A stretch of 64,000 nucleotides of DNA from Piromyces finnis finn (lineage: Eukaryota > Fungi > Neocallimastigomycota), in assembly GCA_002104945.1 (NCBI GenBank), contig MCFH01000004.1:62001-126000 (forward strand). The letters are read 5' to 3'. The position numbers were made by a program, and so were the translations under genes. Position 1 is the stretch's first letter; every line of letters starts with the position of its first letter. Below the pieces are notes generated by a model. The model was not told the DNA's origin and did no database searches. It saw only the letters and a list, made by a program, of their open reading frames with translations. Positions 26,489 to 38,572 of the stretch are shown here, one piece after another.

Positions 26489-27542
26489 GTTTTTGAACTT
26501 TTTTTCTTCTTTTCACTAAATTCATGAAATATATCATTTAATTATGAGTAGAACAAAATAACCATAATAATACGATAAAGTTTTATTATTTTTTTTTTTT
26601 TTTATACATAAATCGTAAAAATGATGGTTGATGAATCCTTATTTCAAATAATTACATAAATAAATAGATCCGATTCCTACAGTTTTTCATTGATCAACTA
26701 TTCATTTTATATCTAACACAATTTAAATTTCTCTTTTTTTATATTTTAAACGAATAATTTTAAAATAAAAGTAATGTTTCCATATAACATTTCATTTTTA
26801 TTATAGAAATTTTACATAGATATCATTACCTATCTTTAATATGTATATATGTATATACATATATGTTAAAAAAAAAATCTTTTTTTTTTTTTTTAATACC
26901 GTAAATTTTTTATTTTTATGATCTATTATCACCCCATTTATGAAAAATATATATTTAATCAGTTATTCATTCAATATAAATAAATGTTTATATCCATTAA
27001 AAGTATAAAAAAAAATGAATAATAAATAAAAATATGTTTATCATATTTATTTTTTTTAATATATTAATATTAAAATAATATATTAAAATAATATATATAC
27101 AAAGTGAACAATCATATCTGATAAAATAAGAGAGGTAGTTAAAAAAATGAAACCTTTTTTATATAAATTTATAATTATTTTTATTTTATTAGTTTTTTTT
27201 TTTTTTTTTTTTTGGTTTGTTTTAATATGTCTATCTTGAAATTTATAATATAAAAAAAAATAAATAAATAAAAACCAAAATAATAAATGATAATATGTAA
27301 TCTATTATTTTGTAATTAATAAATTTATAAGATTTAAACAATAAAAAAATAAATATTATGATATTACTAAATGAAAATGAAATAGATGAAAAAAAGAAGA
27401 ATTATTGTAATTTTATAACATTTTTTATAGTACAATATACAATTTATAATTTACTAAATATATTTATATGAATTTAAATATCTATAAGAATATGAAATTT
27501 ATCTATATATATTAATTTTTTTTGTTTTTGTTGTTCCCTTTT

Positions 27543-28667
27543 TTATTGTCTTTTTCCACGTTTATAAATATCATTATAGTCAAAACGTTCCTGATCATCT
27601 TTATATCCATAAATACCATTAAGGTTAACATTAGCTGCAGATCTAAATATATTTTGTTCCTTAATACCATATTTTTCTTTTAATTCACCAATTAACTGTT
27701 TAACATTTTTTCTTGTGGATGGTAATTTACTGGAAGCAACAGCACAACCACAAGTCATGCATGTAATATTATTATCTTTCATAATACTACGAATATCATC
27801 TTCACGAATATATACCATTGGTCTAATAAGGGTTAAACCTTCAAAGTTTTCTGAATTAACTTTTGGTACCATGGTTTTATAAGAACCAGCATAAAATATA
27901 TTAATAAGAGTAGTTTCAATAACATCATCAAAATGATGACCTAAAGCTAATTTATTACAACCATATTCTTTGGCTTTGCGATAGAGGAAACCTCTTCTCA
28001 TTTTAGCACACATGAAACATGGTTGATTAGGACTCATTTTATTAGCTACTTCAAATACATCAGATACTTCAATTTTTACATCAATACCTAAGGTTTGACA
28101 ATTATCTACTAAAATTTTTTTATTTGATGGTGAAAAACCTGGGTCCATTGAGAGATAAACAATATCGAAATAGAAATCACCATGTTTTTGAACTTCCTCA
28201 AAAAGTTTTGCCATTAATAAACTATCTTTACCTCCTGAAACAGCTACTGCAACTTTATCTCCTGGTTCAACTAATTTAAAATCTTGCAATGCTTTTCTAA
28301 ATTTTTTCCAAAGCTTAGATCGATAACGAGTAATAATATCACGTTCAAAGCTTTCCTTTGGAGAAAGAAGAGGTCTCTTTTTACCACGTTTAGGTATTTC
28401 ATGTACTTTAACTTCACCTACTTCTTCTTCTCCATTCTCTTGTGATTCTTTATTTCCATCTTCTTTACCCTTTCCTTTATCCTTACCACAATTACATTGA
28501 CAACTGCTATCACAATTCTTACTATGGTCAGTATTAGAATTTAATTTATTCTTTTCATTACTCTCATTATTGATTTTATTTATTACATTTTCTAATTTAA
28601 TTTCTTCGAGTTCTTTAGAATTACTTTCTTCTGAAGCAATTAAATTATTTTTTTCCTCTGAACTCAT
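27543..28667 (-). CDS. ttcA: Bacterial-type tRNA 2-thiocytidine biosynthesis protein TtcA with acidic N-terminal extension
   Basis: PP-loop SGGKDS, PCFMCAKMRRG, LALGHHFDD, IRPMVY, CMTCGC; intronless. Confidence 0.85.
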   Translation of the reverse strand: MSSEEKNNLIASEESNSKELEEIKLENVINKINNESNEKNKLNSNTDHSKNCDSSCQCNCGKDKGKGKEDGNKESQENGEEEVGEVKVHEIPKRGKKRPLLSPKESFERDIITRYRSKLWKKFRKALQDFKLVEPGDKVAVAVSGGKDSLLMAKLFEEVQKHGDFYFDIVYLSMDPGFSPSNKKILVDNCQTLGIDVKIEVSDVFEVANKMSPNQPCFMCAKMRRGFLYRKAKEYGCNKLALGHHFDDVIETTLINIFYAGSYKTMVPKVNSENFEGLTLIRPMVYIREDDIRSIMKDNNITCMTCGCAVASSKLPSTRKNVKQLIGELKEKYGIKEQNIFRSAANVNLNGIYGYKDDQERFDYNDIYKRGKRQ

Positions 28668-28801
28668 CTTATATTTACTATTAATATTAATGATCCTTTT
28701 TTTTTATTTTTTTATTTTTAATTGTTTAAAATAAAATAAGATTAAATTTTATTATATAGATATTTATTGGATAAAAATTATAAAATTCAAGTTAAAATAT
28801 A

Positions 28802-28809
28802 TCACGTGA
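28802..28809. promoter_or_regulatory. TCACGTGA E-box palindrome (candidate bHLH/Cbf1-type site) upstream of ttcA
   Basis: GC-rich palindrome about 135 bp upstream of the ATG in very AT-rich DNA. Confidence 0.35.
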
Positions 28810-29976
28810 GTATTATTTTTTACTTTTAAAAAAGCAATGAAATGAAAAAAAAAGCTTAAAAATGTTTCTTTTATTTTTTTATATATTATTAATAACAATA
28901 TTCAAATATTATAAATATTGCACTTTATGTAATAATAATGATTTTAATAAAATTCATCAATACTTTAATTTTATAGATATTTTTTTTTATTCATCAACAT
29001 CTCCTTAATTGATATATTTTATGTAAAATCACTCCACAATTTTCTCTTTTTCCATAATATTTTGATTATTTTAAATAAAAAAGTAAAATGAATGGTTGAA
29101 AATAACAACAATCTTGTTTACTTTTACTTATTTTTCAATATGCTTTAATTACTGTTTATATTATAGTTTCTAACTATAATTGAAACATATATTAATGTAC
29201 AACATTTCATTAGATAATCCTTCTTATTAACTTATCCCTGGATTATTTGTATGAAACCTTTAAGATTTACTTAATTAGAATATGGAATAATAAAATATTT
29301 TTTATTCTTTGTCTTTTTTTTTCAATAAAATAAGAATCAATAGATATATATGACTATGAAATCATTATTTGTTTTTACTTTCTTTAATATTTTCTATATG
29401 TCAAATGAATATTATTTTTTTTTCTTTATATATTTATATATAATGTTATTTAAAAGTATTTTATTATCACTTTAAAACATCATAAGAAATAGAATAAAAA
29501 TAACTATTATTATTTTTCATTCTGCAAATATGAAACTAATAAATATATTTTTTTCATATTAGTATAAAAAATAAAAATATTTATTTCCGTTGTATATTTG
29601 TATATACATAATGTTTAAATTTTTTGTTGTAGAATTTTATTTAATAAAAGACATCCTTTAAAATGTATAAAATAATCATTTTCTGTTTCTTAAAACATAA
29701 TTCTTATATATTTTTATTGTAATTTAGATTTTTATTTTTTTATTATATTATTTAATTATTTTATAGCATTTGTAAATTACATTAAAAATAAAAATCATTA
29801 GCATAATTAGCACTTATTACTAAACATTTAAAATATATTATAAATTCTTTAATATTTATTTAAATTTAACACATTTTTATTTAAATATGATATATTTTTT
29901 TCATAGAAAAAAAAAAAATACATTGTATATTAAAAAGTGGCAATTTAATATAAAATCAATAATTATTTTCTGAAAA

Positions 29977-30930
29977 TTATAAATATCCTTTAGCAATTTC
30001 TTCAACAATCTTTTTGCATGGATCAATAGATTTAATTAATGGTGCTAAATTACAAACTGAATTAACACTTGCATCAAGATTACCCTTAATTACACCATCA
30101 TATAATGAGCCTGTTGGTGGATTGAAATCACCTTTTTGATTAGCAAGAAGACCATCTTTTCCAAATTTATGTGGTGTTGTTCTATATCTTGCTAAACCAT
30201 TCATGACTGTATAAACAATTAAATCATCAGGATGAGTTTTTAAAATATCTTTTTTAGCAACCATGGATGCTGGATTTTCTTCTGATAATATAAATCTAGT
30301 TCCAACAAAAGCACCTTCAGCACCAACAATTGCAGTTGCTTTGGCTAATTTTTCATTTATAATTCCTCCAGCTGCAAGAACTGGAACTTTAACTGCATCG
30401 GAAAGTAAAGCAACGGCTGATAAAGTACCAGTAGAAAGACGTGGCATTGTACCTCCTTCATCACATCCAGTAGCAACTATAATATCTGCACCTGCTTTTT
30501 CTGCTTTTTGTGCTCCTCTTACTGTAGGATTTAATTCACGGGTAATAAGGGTGAAGCCTTCTTCCTTTAATTTAAATATTTCTTCTTCTTCTGTTTGGCC
30601 AACAAAGACAAGTGTCTTTACATTTTCTTCTCTACAAAGTTGAATAATATTCTTATTAAGACCAAAAAAGTCAATAGATGAAGGAAATGCATTAATAGCA
30701 AAAGGCTTATCAGTAAGTTTTCTTATTTCATGAATAGATTTTCTCATTCCTTTTATAGTCTCTTCAGCGGTATTAGCTGGTTTTTTAAAACCACCATTAA
30801 ATCCAAGAACACCAAGACCACCAGCATTTGAAACAGCAGCACATAACTTTGGTGATGTTAACCAAAATAATGGAGCTTGAATAACTGGTTTTTCTATTTT
30901 AAGAATTTGACATACTCTATTCATTGCCAT
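29977..30930 (-). CDS. Nitronate monooxygenase / FabK-family FMN-dependent oxidoreductase, bacterial type
   Basis: PVIQAP, AAVSNAGGLGVL, GADIIVATG, PVLAAGGI, GAEGAFVGTRF; intronless. Confidence 0.9.
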   Translation of the reverse strand: MAMNRVCQILKIEKPVIQAPLFWLTSPKLCAAVSNAGGLGVLGFNGGFKKPANTAEETIKGMRKSIHEIRKLTDKPFAINAFPSSIDFFGLNKNIIQLCREENVKTLVFVGQTEEEEIFKLKEEGFTLITRELNPTVRGAQKAEKAGADIIVATGCDEGGTMPRLSTGTLSAVALLSDAVKVPVLAAGGIINEKLAKATAIVGAEGAFVGTRFILSEENPASMVAKKDILKTHPDDLIVYTVMNGLARYRTTPHKFGKDGLLANQKGDFNPPTGSLYDGVIKGNLDASVNSVCNLAPLIKSIDPCKKIVEEIAKGYL

Positions 30931-32697
30931 TTATTCTTCTTTTATTATTATACTTTAAAATTTTATTTATTATTGTTTATATTATATATATGAATATTTG
31001 TTGATACAAATAATAAACTATTAATTTATGCTCTTTTAATTTACTTTGTAACACAAAGATCTTGATATATATATTACTTAAAAACTAATTAAAGAAATAA
31101 TAATTATAATGGGAAATCTTTTCTTTTATATTCAATAAGTTTAATCAACTGGTTATATACATGTTGTTATAATTTTTCCAACTTTATTTATTTAAATATA
31201 AATTAAATTAAATAAATTAAATATTTCAAATCTAAATTAATTAATAATAAACATATTTCTTTTCTTTTTTTTTTTTTAATGTAAAAGATAATAAAATTTT
31301 CTCTCTTAAGTATTAATGAATTACAATAAACCTATTATATATAAAATTTACTTTTCTAATATTAATATATGTGATAATTTTATTATCATAAGATATATAA
31401 GATATATTTCTCTTTCAATTTTCAATAATGATTTTGTTAGTAATATATTTAAAAATCATATTTACTAATGAATTTTAATTAAAAAAAGTTTATTAATAAT
31501 AAAACATTATATAAAACTTTAAGAAAAAAAAAAAATGGAGGATTTTCCACTTTTACATTTATTAAAATATAATCAAAGAAAAAATAAAAAAAAAAAAAAA
31601 AAAGTAATAATAAAAAACCCTTTGATATATAATATCTTTTTTTTTTTTTTACTCTTTATTTTTTTTAAAAAATTTAATTTAAAAATAAAACTATATAATC
31701 TTATTCATTTCAAAATATTTATCATAATGATTTTTTTTACTATTATTACTGCATTAGGATAATGAAAAGTACTTGTATATATTATTTATTAAATAATAGA
31801 ATAGCATCAATTACCCATTTGAATTATAATAAATTATATATATATTATTAAATATATAATAATAATTTTAAATTAGCAAAAAAAAGTTAATTAGAAATAG
31901 TTACTTAAATTTACATTTCTTTAGTAATCTATTTGAATAAATTTCTTTATAATAATTCATCACTAATAAATAAACAATGTTAATTATCTTATTATAATAA
32001 TTCTGAATTATGACCATTTAATAGAACAAATAAAATAAAAAAGTATATTGATAATTATCATTACCTATTAATTACATTAGTTTAATTATTATTACATTTG
32101 AATATAATAAAAACCATTGTATTACATTGGATTACATTACAACATTACAATTATAAATATATAAATTACATAATGAATATTTAATATATTTAACAATATA
32201 ATTCATGTATATTAAATATATTAGGATGAATTAAGATATTCAATATAAAACATTAAATTAGTTTTCAAAAAGAAAATGGATACAAAATTCTTTAAATACA
32301 CTAAAGATTAATTAGTAATTAAGGTTTTTATAATAAGCCGTTCTTTATTTTTTAATTTATAATATATGAATATTAATTAAAAATAAATTAAAAATTAACT
32401 AAAATTATTCCTATTTTTATTTTTACCAAAAGATTTAATTTAATATATTTTTTTCCTTTGTGGATATTAATGCTTAATTACACTAAAAACAATGAATAAT
32501 GACATTACAAAAAAGTGGTAGATGAAAATATAGAAATTATAGTTAATTATAAACCTGTCGAAGTGTATTTTTAAAAAATTATATAAATATCATATAAATT
32601 CACATCATTTATAAAATTTTTCATAAGAAATTTATTCAAAAAGAAATAAAAAATTTAAGTAAAAAATAATATAAAAAACTGTTAAATAATTATTAAA

Positions 32698-33108
32698 ATG
32701 AAATTACATTTTATTATTGTTATTTTTGCTATAATTTGTTCTGTTTTCGCAGAAGAATTTGAAAATCCATTAAATTTACCAACAGATTTCGCTGAAGAAT
32801 ATAAACTTGGTAAAGAAATCTATTTTGGTGGAAGTAAAAGTTGTAATAATTATGAAAGTACTTCATTATACTATTCAGAAATGTATTCTGTTCCAAATTC
32901 AAAAAGTAAAAAATTTAATCTTAATGGATATAATGTTTTATTCTATTGTGATCTTGGTTATTATCCAGTATTTAGTACAAGTTCAAGCTATAGACTTCGT
33001 ATGCAAAGAATTACCATGGGTTATCAATTCAAAATCAATGCGGCATTAGTATATAGTTGTACTAAAGAAAAATCCAATGCAATTACTGTTACTTGTAAAA
33101 AAAGCTAA
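32698..33108 (+). CDS. Small secreted protein of 136 aa with four Cys in the mature part, unknown function
   Basis: Signal peptide MKLHFIIVIFAIICSVFA, AAAATG start, clean ORF. Confidence 0.7.
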   Translation: MKLHFIIVIFAIICSVFAEEFENPLNLPTDFAEEYKLGKEIYFGGSKSCNNYESTSLYYSEMYSVPNSKSKKFNLNGYNVLFYCDLGYYPVFSTSSSYRLRMQRITMGYQFKINAALVYSCTKEKSNAITVTCKKS

Positions 33109-34535
33109 ATGTTACCTAAATATTATAGTTTTATAAATATATATATATAGAAGAAATCAAAAATAAAGTATTAAAAAATAATATTTAAATAAATAAAAAT
33201 TTAAAAAGTATCAAATAATATTTTTAAACCAAATATTAAACAATAAAAAAGGTATAATGTACACTTGGTTATATTTTGTATTTTTTTTTAAGTCTTGAAT
33301 AATATAGTGGCTGGTGAATAATATATAATTGATAATTATTATGTAATAAGGTTTTATTATTAATCATTTATATTTTATATATATAATACATTTAAATAAA
33401 AAGTTAATTATTCGTTAAATTAATAAATAAAGTTATGTTGTACATATTAAATAAAAATAGAAAATATAATAAATTAAATGTTTTATTAAATTAACTAATA
33501 AATGATATATAATGATATATAATGATAATAAATTAATGCATTTTATATTAATTATTTACAATACTTAAAAATATATATTTAAATATATATAATTAAAAAT
33601 ATTTATGCCACAAAAAATAGTATTATATAATATATTAATAATAAATAATATTGTATTAGTTGTATTAGTAATACATATAGATTAGATACATTTATATATA
33701 TATTAATTCAAATAAAAAAAAATAAAAAACAAAAAAAGTAATAAAATCAAAAAAAAAAAAGTCTATAATAGAAAAAGAAAAATAAATAGTTAATTTGAAT
33801 CGATTAACTATTTATTTTTTATTTTAAATTTCATATTTGATTTTGATTTTTAGTATATGTTTTATTTTAATTTTATTATATTTCATTTTGTTTAATATTA
33901 CAATTTAAGTAAATTAATAATTTATTATTTTTCTTTTTTTTTTTTTTTTATAATAAAATTAAAACTTTTTTTTTATTTTTCTTTTGTAAAAACAAATAAA
34001 AAGAAAAAAAAGATATTTATTTTCATATCGTATTTCAATATATAGTAAATAGTTAACTCACTTGGTAATAAGGGAACTATCAAAAAGAAAAAGAAAAAAA
34101 TATATATATATAGAAATCAATAAAATAAAAAAAAAAAAATCAATTTCACATTTATATAATTGATAATTTCAACCCAACTTTATTTTATCCATTTTATATA
34201 ATCTAATGTTAAATTAGAATATTTATTTAAATTTAAAAATAAATAAAATAAAAGGATATCTAATGAATAAATATATAAAATATATAATAATTATTTAAAT
34301 TTCTATTAAAAATAAAGTAAATATATGTTGAATATTACACAGCAATATTTTTAATCAAAACTTTAAAATAAATATTCATTGAAGAAAAAAAAATAGTTTT
34401 AATCCTTTTTCAAGATAAACAAATCTATAACAAAAAAAATGTATCTCATATAATTATAATAATCAGTAAACATAATATGTATATTTATACTTAAATTGAA
34501 ATAAATATTTAAAAATAGATTAAATTATAATCAAA

Positions 34536-37500
34536 ATGGATAAAATTAAACAAAAAAGTTTTGATAACGATATTTTTTCAGATATTGAAGATATCTATAA
34601 ACCGACTGATGCAAGTATTCAAAAAGAGTTGGTAAATTCTATTACCAATTTATCAAATCTTTTATCAAATGGGTTAGTATTCATAAATTATAATATTTAT
34701 GAAAATTTAAAACAAGCAAACGGTTTGAATTATGCTATACCAAATAAATGTAAAGTACTTTCAGAAGTAATAAATAATAATTCTAAAAAAAATACATTAA
34801 AGCAATTTAAAAGACAACATTCAGATCCTAATAAGTCCAAAAATAATGATTCTATTAATATTATAATCACAAATGTTGACAAAGAGGAACCAATAGATGA
34901 ATATTTTAGCATGGAACAAAGTATGATTAAACCGCATCAAGATTTTAACATCGGGGCAGAATCTAGTATGTTATTTGACCAAAGTGTAATATTCTCAAAT
35001 ATTGATATAGAAGGTGATAATGTTGCAAATCAATCAATGATATTTATGGATTCTAATGGTAGAAATATATTTTCACATGAAAATTCAGACAATCATGGAT
35101 CAATGTTTTTAAATGGTTTAACTGATTTACATATAGGTACTGAAACTGAAGGCAATAATAGTACTTTAGTTAACTTAGTCGATGTTGATAATAATTATCT
35201 TTCATCTTCTGATGTTGAGAGTAATAACTCTACAGCTTGTTGGGATGACAAGGCCTCGGTTTCTCCTATGCCAGGAAAAGCAAATGATTTTGAGGAGTAT
35301 TCAGATGAAAGCGATGATCAACCACTCAAAAATGAATTTAATCAAGCCTTTTCAAAAAAGTATCCAAGTTTGGATACAAATGCAAAACTCGATCTATATA
35401 ATTCTCATTCATTATCTACAGCTATTCAAGTTCATCAATATCAAATTACACCAGAAGAATGGAATAATGAGGATGATGAAATCAATATGGCAAAAGCTAT
35501 CATGAAAAAGCAGGGATACAAAAATGCTTCCCCTCACAAAAAATTATATCCAGTAATTGAAACACCATATCTTAATGAATCCAATTCATCAACTGTAAAT
35601 AATAAAGATACCATTAATTCCTCATTCATTAAAGATGATCTATCAATTACCAAAAATATTGTAAATAAAAATGTTAAAAAATTCAATTCAATGGGCATAG
35701 AAAATAAATATATTCAAAAAATTAATTCTTCTAATATCAATTATCACCATGATTCTACTCCAAAAAGTTCGGATAATAATTTATCTACTTTAGAATTGAA
35801 TCTTATCGCATCACCATCACAATCTGTAGTTTCTAAATCTCCATCTATAGAAAATGTCTCTTCTGTAAATAATTTTGCTTCTCTTCAATTTAAATTTAAT
35901 CAAAATCAAAATAACTCTAACGAGTACCAAAATAATAAAACAAATCACAATTGGTCATACAAAATAAAGCAAGAGTTAAAAAATACATCAATTAATGAAG
36001 AAAATCATCAACAAGTTGCTAAAATAATAGCGATTGATGATACTTTGAATGATAACTCTATTATTATTCCAGAAAAGTTAAATATTAAAGATAGAATTAA
36101 TGATATTGAAGCAAGTATTCTTATCAATAATTCAACAAACGAATTTTCTGATGTTAATCAAGCTATTATTAAACCAATGACTGTTGAAAAGGATGAGCAA
36201 TCTTCATTTTCAACAGAAATACCTAAGCAAAATGAATCTAATGATGTATACATTATAAATGCTACAGTAAATAAGTCTGAAGAAGTTGATGATATAGAAG
36301 ACATTAGTACTGGAACTGTTAAAGATATAGTAGTTGACCTTGAAGAAAATAAAAAGAATATTATTAAAAATGATAATTCTTCATTGCTTTTTGATTCAAT
36401 GAAGAAAGAAACAATAGAACTTGAAAAACAAACATTAGACAAAAACAATAATAGTATTGAAAATAAAGGACAACTTCAAGATTCTATTTTTGAGCATGAA
36501 GAAATAGAACAAATCTTAATAAATAATATCTCATCAGAAGTATTTAATGAAAGAAATGAAGAAGAAACTAATGAAGAACCAATTGAATATTTATCAGATA
36601 ATGAAAAGACTATTGAAGAAAAATCTAAAATTTCAAAATATAAAAATGAAGATACAATTTTAGAAGAAAACGAGCAACTTTCTATTGAAAAAGAAAAAGA
36701 TAAGGATGAAAGTAAATTACATCAACAAAGTAATATAGAAGAAGAACCAATTGAATTTTTAACAGACAATGAAGACGAAAATGAAGAACCAATTGAATTT
36801 TTAATGGACAACGAAGATTCAGATGAAAATGAATTAATAGACTATATTGATAATAATGATGAAAATAATGAAAAGATTGTTGAGCAGTCTTTATTATTTG
36901 AAAATGGAACAAAAGATTTAATCAATGGTGAAATAATTGATGGTAACTTGGAAGATCATATTATTATTGAAGAAGAAGATTCAATTATTGGTAATGCTAT
37001 TGAAGAAGCATTGGAAAATAAAAGTTTTGTTATTCAAGAAAATTCATTTATGGATGAGCCATATGCCAATGATTTATCATTTTCTTTTGATGGACATACA
37101 GCATTCCATGAAGTAATGAAAATCTTCGAAGAAAATACAGTACTAGAAACAATTAAAGAAGAAGAAGATATTATTTTAAATGAAGAAGATCAAATTGAAA
37201 ATGATAATAAAATACTCATTGATCAATTGAAGATTGAAGAAAATATTATAAATGAAAATGATAATAAAGAAGTTAAAATATTAGAACTAATTGAAAATAA
37301 TATTAATGAACCAAATAATATTAAAATGAATGACATGATAATTAACTCATTTATTCATGAAAATCAAGATATTATTCATTCTATATTACCATTAACTAAC
37401 GATGAATTATTACCAGTTAATTCAGAACTTTCTAATGAACAAATAATTAAGTGTGATAAAGAGCAAGATATTCTTAAATCAAAAGAGATTATTCCATCAA

Positions 37501-38213
37501 ATGAAGCAATTAAAGTGGATAAAAAAGAGATAAACAGTCAATCAGTAGATTCATCATCAAAGTCAAATAAAGAAGGAATTGAAAAGGAAGAAAATAAAAA
37601 ACAAACTGAAATTAAACAAAACGAGAATTCAAAAGCAAAATCTGATGAGGTTTCTATTAAAAATAATTCAAACAAAATAATTCAAAGAAAAAAAAAGGTT
37701 TCATCAAAACTAATTAAAAAGTCAATAAAATCTTTGGAAAAAGCAAAGAAGATTTCTTCTAATAATAATCGACCAAAAACTATTAAAAAATCTAATAAAT
37801 CTTTAGTATTACCTACTAGGAACTTAATGCCTACAATTAACAAACAGGTTAATTCACCTATATCAAATAATAATTTTGTTAAAGCATTTACTTCTACTAG
37901 TTTGAAACAAAATATTGTTAATATACGCCCAATAGAAAAGGAAATAACAGTTTCTTTTTCTGACTTTGATAATAGTAATCTTTTAAAATTAATTCCTAAA
38001 TCAAAAACTGTTCCAAAAATCACACCAAAAATAATCACAAAGCCAGTTTCAAAATCAACTCCTAAATCAAATTTAGTATATGAATCAAAAGTAAAACCTT
38101 TGATCATATCTAAATCATCAAATAAAACTTCTACGAAAAAATCTATATCTAAAATAAATAAAAAAGCTGTAATTTCAAAACCAGAAAGAAAAATTTCTAA
38201 ATCAGGTAAATAA
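34536..38213 (+). CDS. Large acidic low-complexity protein with Lys/Ser-rich C-terminus; may splice on from 38205
   Basis: 1225-codon ORF in AT-rich DNA; TCAG|GTAAAT donor-like site just before the stop. Confidence 0.75.
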   Translation: MDKIKQKSFDNDIFSDIEDIYKPTDASIQKELVNSITNLSNLLSNGLVFINYNIYENLKQANGLNYAIPNKCKVLSEVINNNSKKNTLKQFKRQHSDPNKSKNNDSINIIITNVDKEEPIDEYFSMEQSMIKPHQDFNIGAESSMLFDQSVIFSNIDIEGDNVANQSMIFMDSNGRNIFSHENSDNHGSMFLNGLTDLHIGTETEGNNSTLVNLVDVDNNYLSSSDVESNNSTACWDDKASVSPMPGKANDFEEYSDESDDQPLKNEFNQAFSKKYPSLDTNAKLDLYNSHSLSTAIQVHQYQITPEEWNNEDDEINMAKAIMKKQGYKNASPHKKLYPVIETPYLNESNSSTVNNKDTINSSFIKDDLSITKNIVNKNVKKFNSMGIENKYIQKINSSNINYHHDSTPKSSDNNLSTLELNLIASPSQSVVSKSPSIENVSSVNNFASLQFKFNQNQNNSNEYQNNKTNHNWSYKIKQELKNTSINEENHQQVAKIIAIDDTLNDNSIIIPEKLNIKDRINDIEASILINNSTNEFSDVNQAIIKPMTVEKDEQSSFSTEIPKQNESNDVYIINATVNKSEEVDDIEDISTGTVKDIVVDLEENKKNIIKNDNSSLLFDSMKKETIELEKQTLDKNNNSIENKGQLQDSIFEHEEIEQILINNISSEVFNERNEEETNEEPIEYLSDNEKTIEEKSKISKYKNEDTILEENEQLSIEKEKDKDESKLHQQSNIEEEPIEFLTDNEDENEEPIEFLMDNEDSDENELIDYIDNNDENNEKIVEQSLLFENGTKDLINGEIIDGNLEDHIIIEEEDSIIGNAIEEALENKSFVIQENSFMDEPYANDLSFSFDGHTAFHEVMKIFEENTVLETIKEEEDIILNEEDQIENDNKILIDQLKIEENIINENDNKEVKILELIENNINEPNNIKMNDMIINSFIHENQDIIHSILPLTNDELLPVNSELSNEQIIKCDKEQDILKSKEIIPSNEAIKVDKKEINSQSVDSSSKSNKEGIEKEENKKQTEIKQNENSKAKSDEVSIKNNSNKIIQRKKKVSSKLIKKSIKSLEKAKKISSNNNRPKTIKKSNKSLVLPTRNLMPTINKQVNSPISNNNFVKAFTSTSLKQNIVNIRPIEKEITVSFSDFDNSNLLKLIPKSKTVPKITPKIITKPVSKSTPKSNLVYESKVKPLIISKSSNKTSTKKSISKINKKAVISKPERKISKSGK

Positions 38214-38516
38214 TAATAATTATTAATAGTAATAATATATTTTATTATAGTTTAGTTTGATGGTTGGAAACTTGGTGGAATAAAATTTCGATAATAATAA
38301 TTATAAAGCAATAATTATCAAATATTGGTAAACAATAAAAAAGAAAAAAAAATGTTTTGCAATTAGAAATTATTTAATTCAATATAATAATTATATTCTA
38401 TATTCAGTATAATTTTATCATTAATCTTTTTTATTCACAAATAACACTTTTATATTTAAAATAATTAACATTTTTCTCTCATATCATTTTATTGTATCCA
38501 TTTATATTATATTTAT

Positions 38517-38559
<43 letters not shown>

Positions 38560-38572
38560 GGAATTTTAATTA

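Noticed and set aside
38518-38557. Poly-A tract as a retrocopy tail (similar A/T runs at 1901-1932, 6771-6803, 40367-40397)
   Set aside because: Homopolymer runs are common throughout the window; no TSD or parent sequence seen
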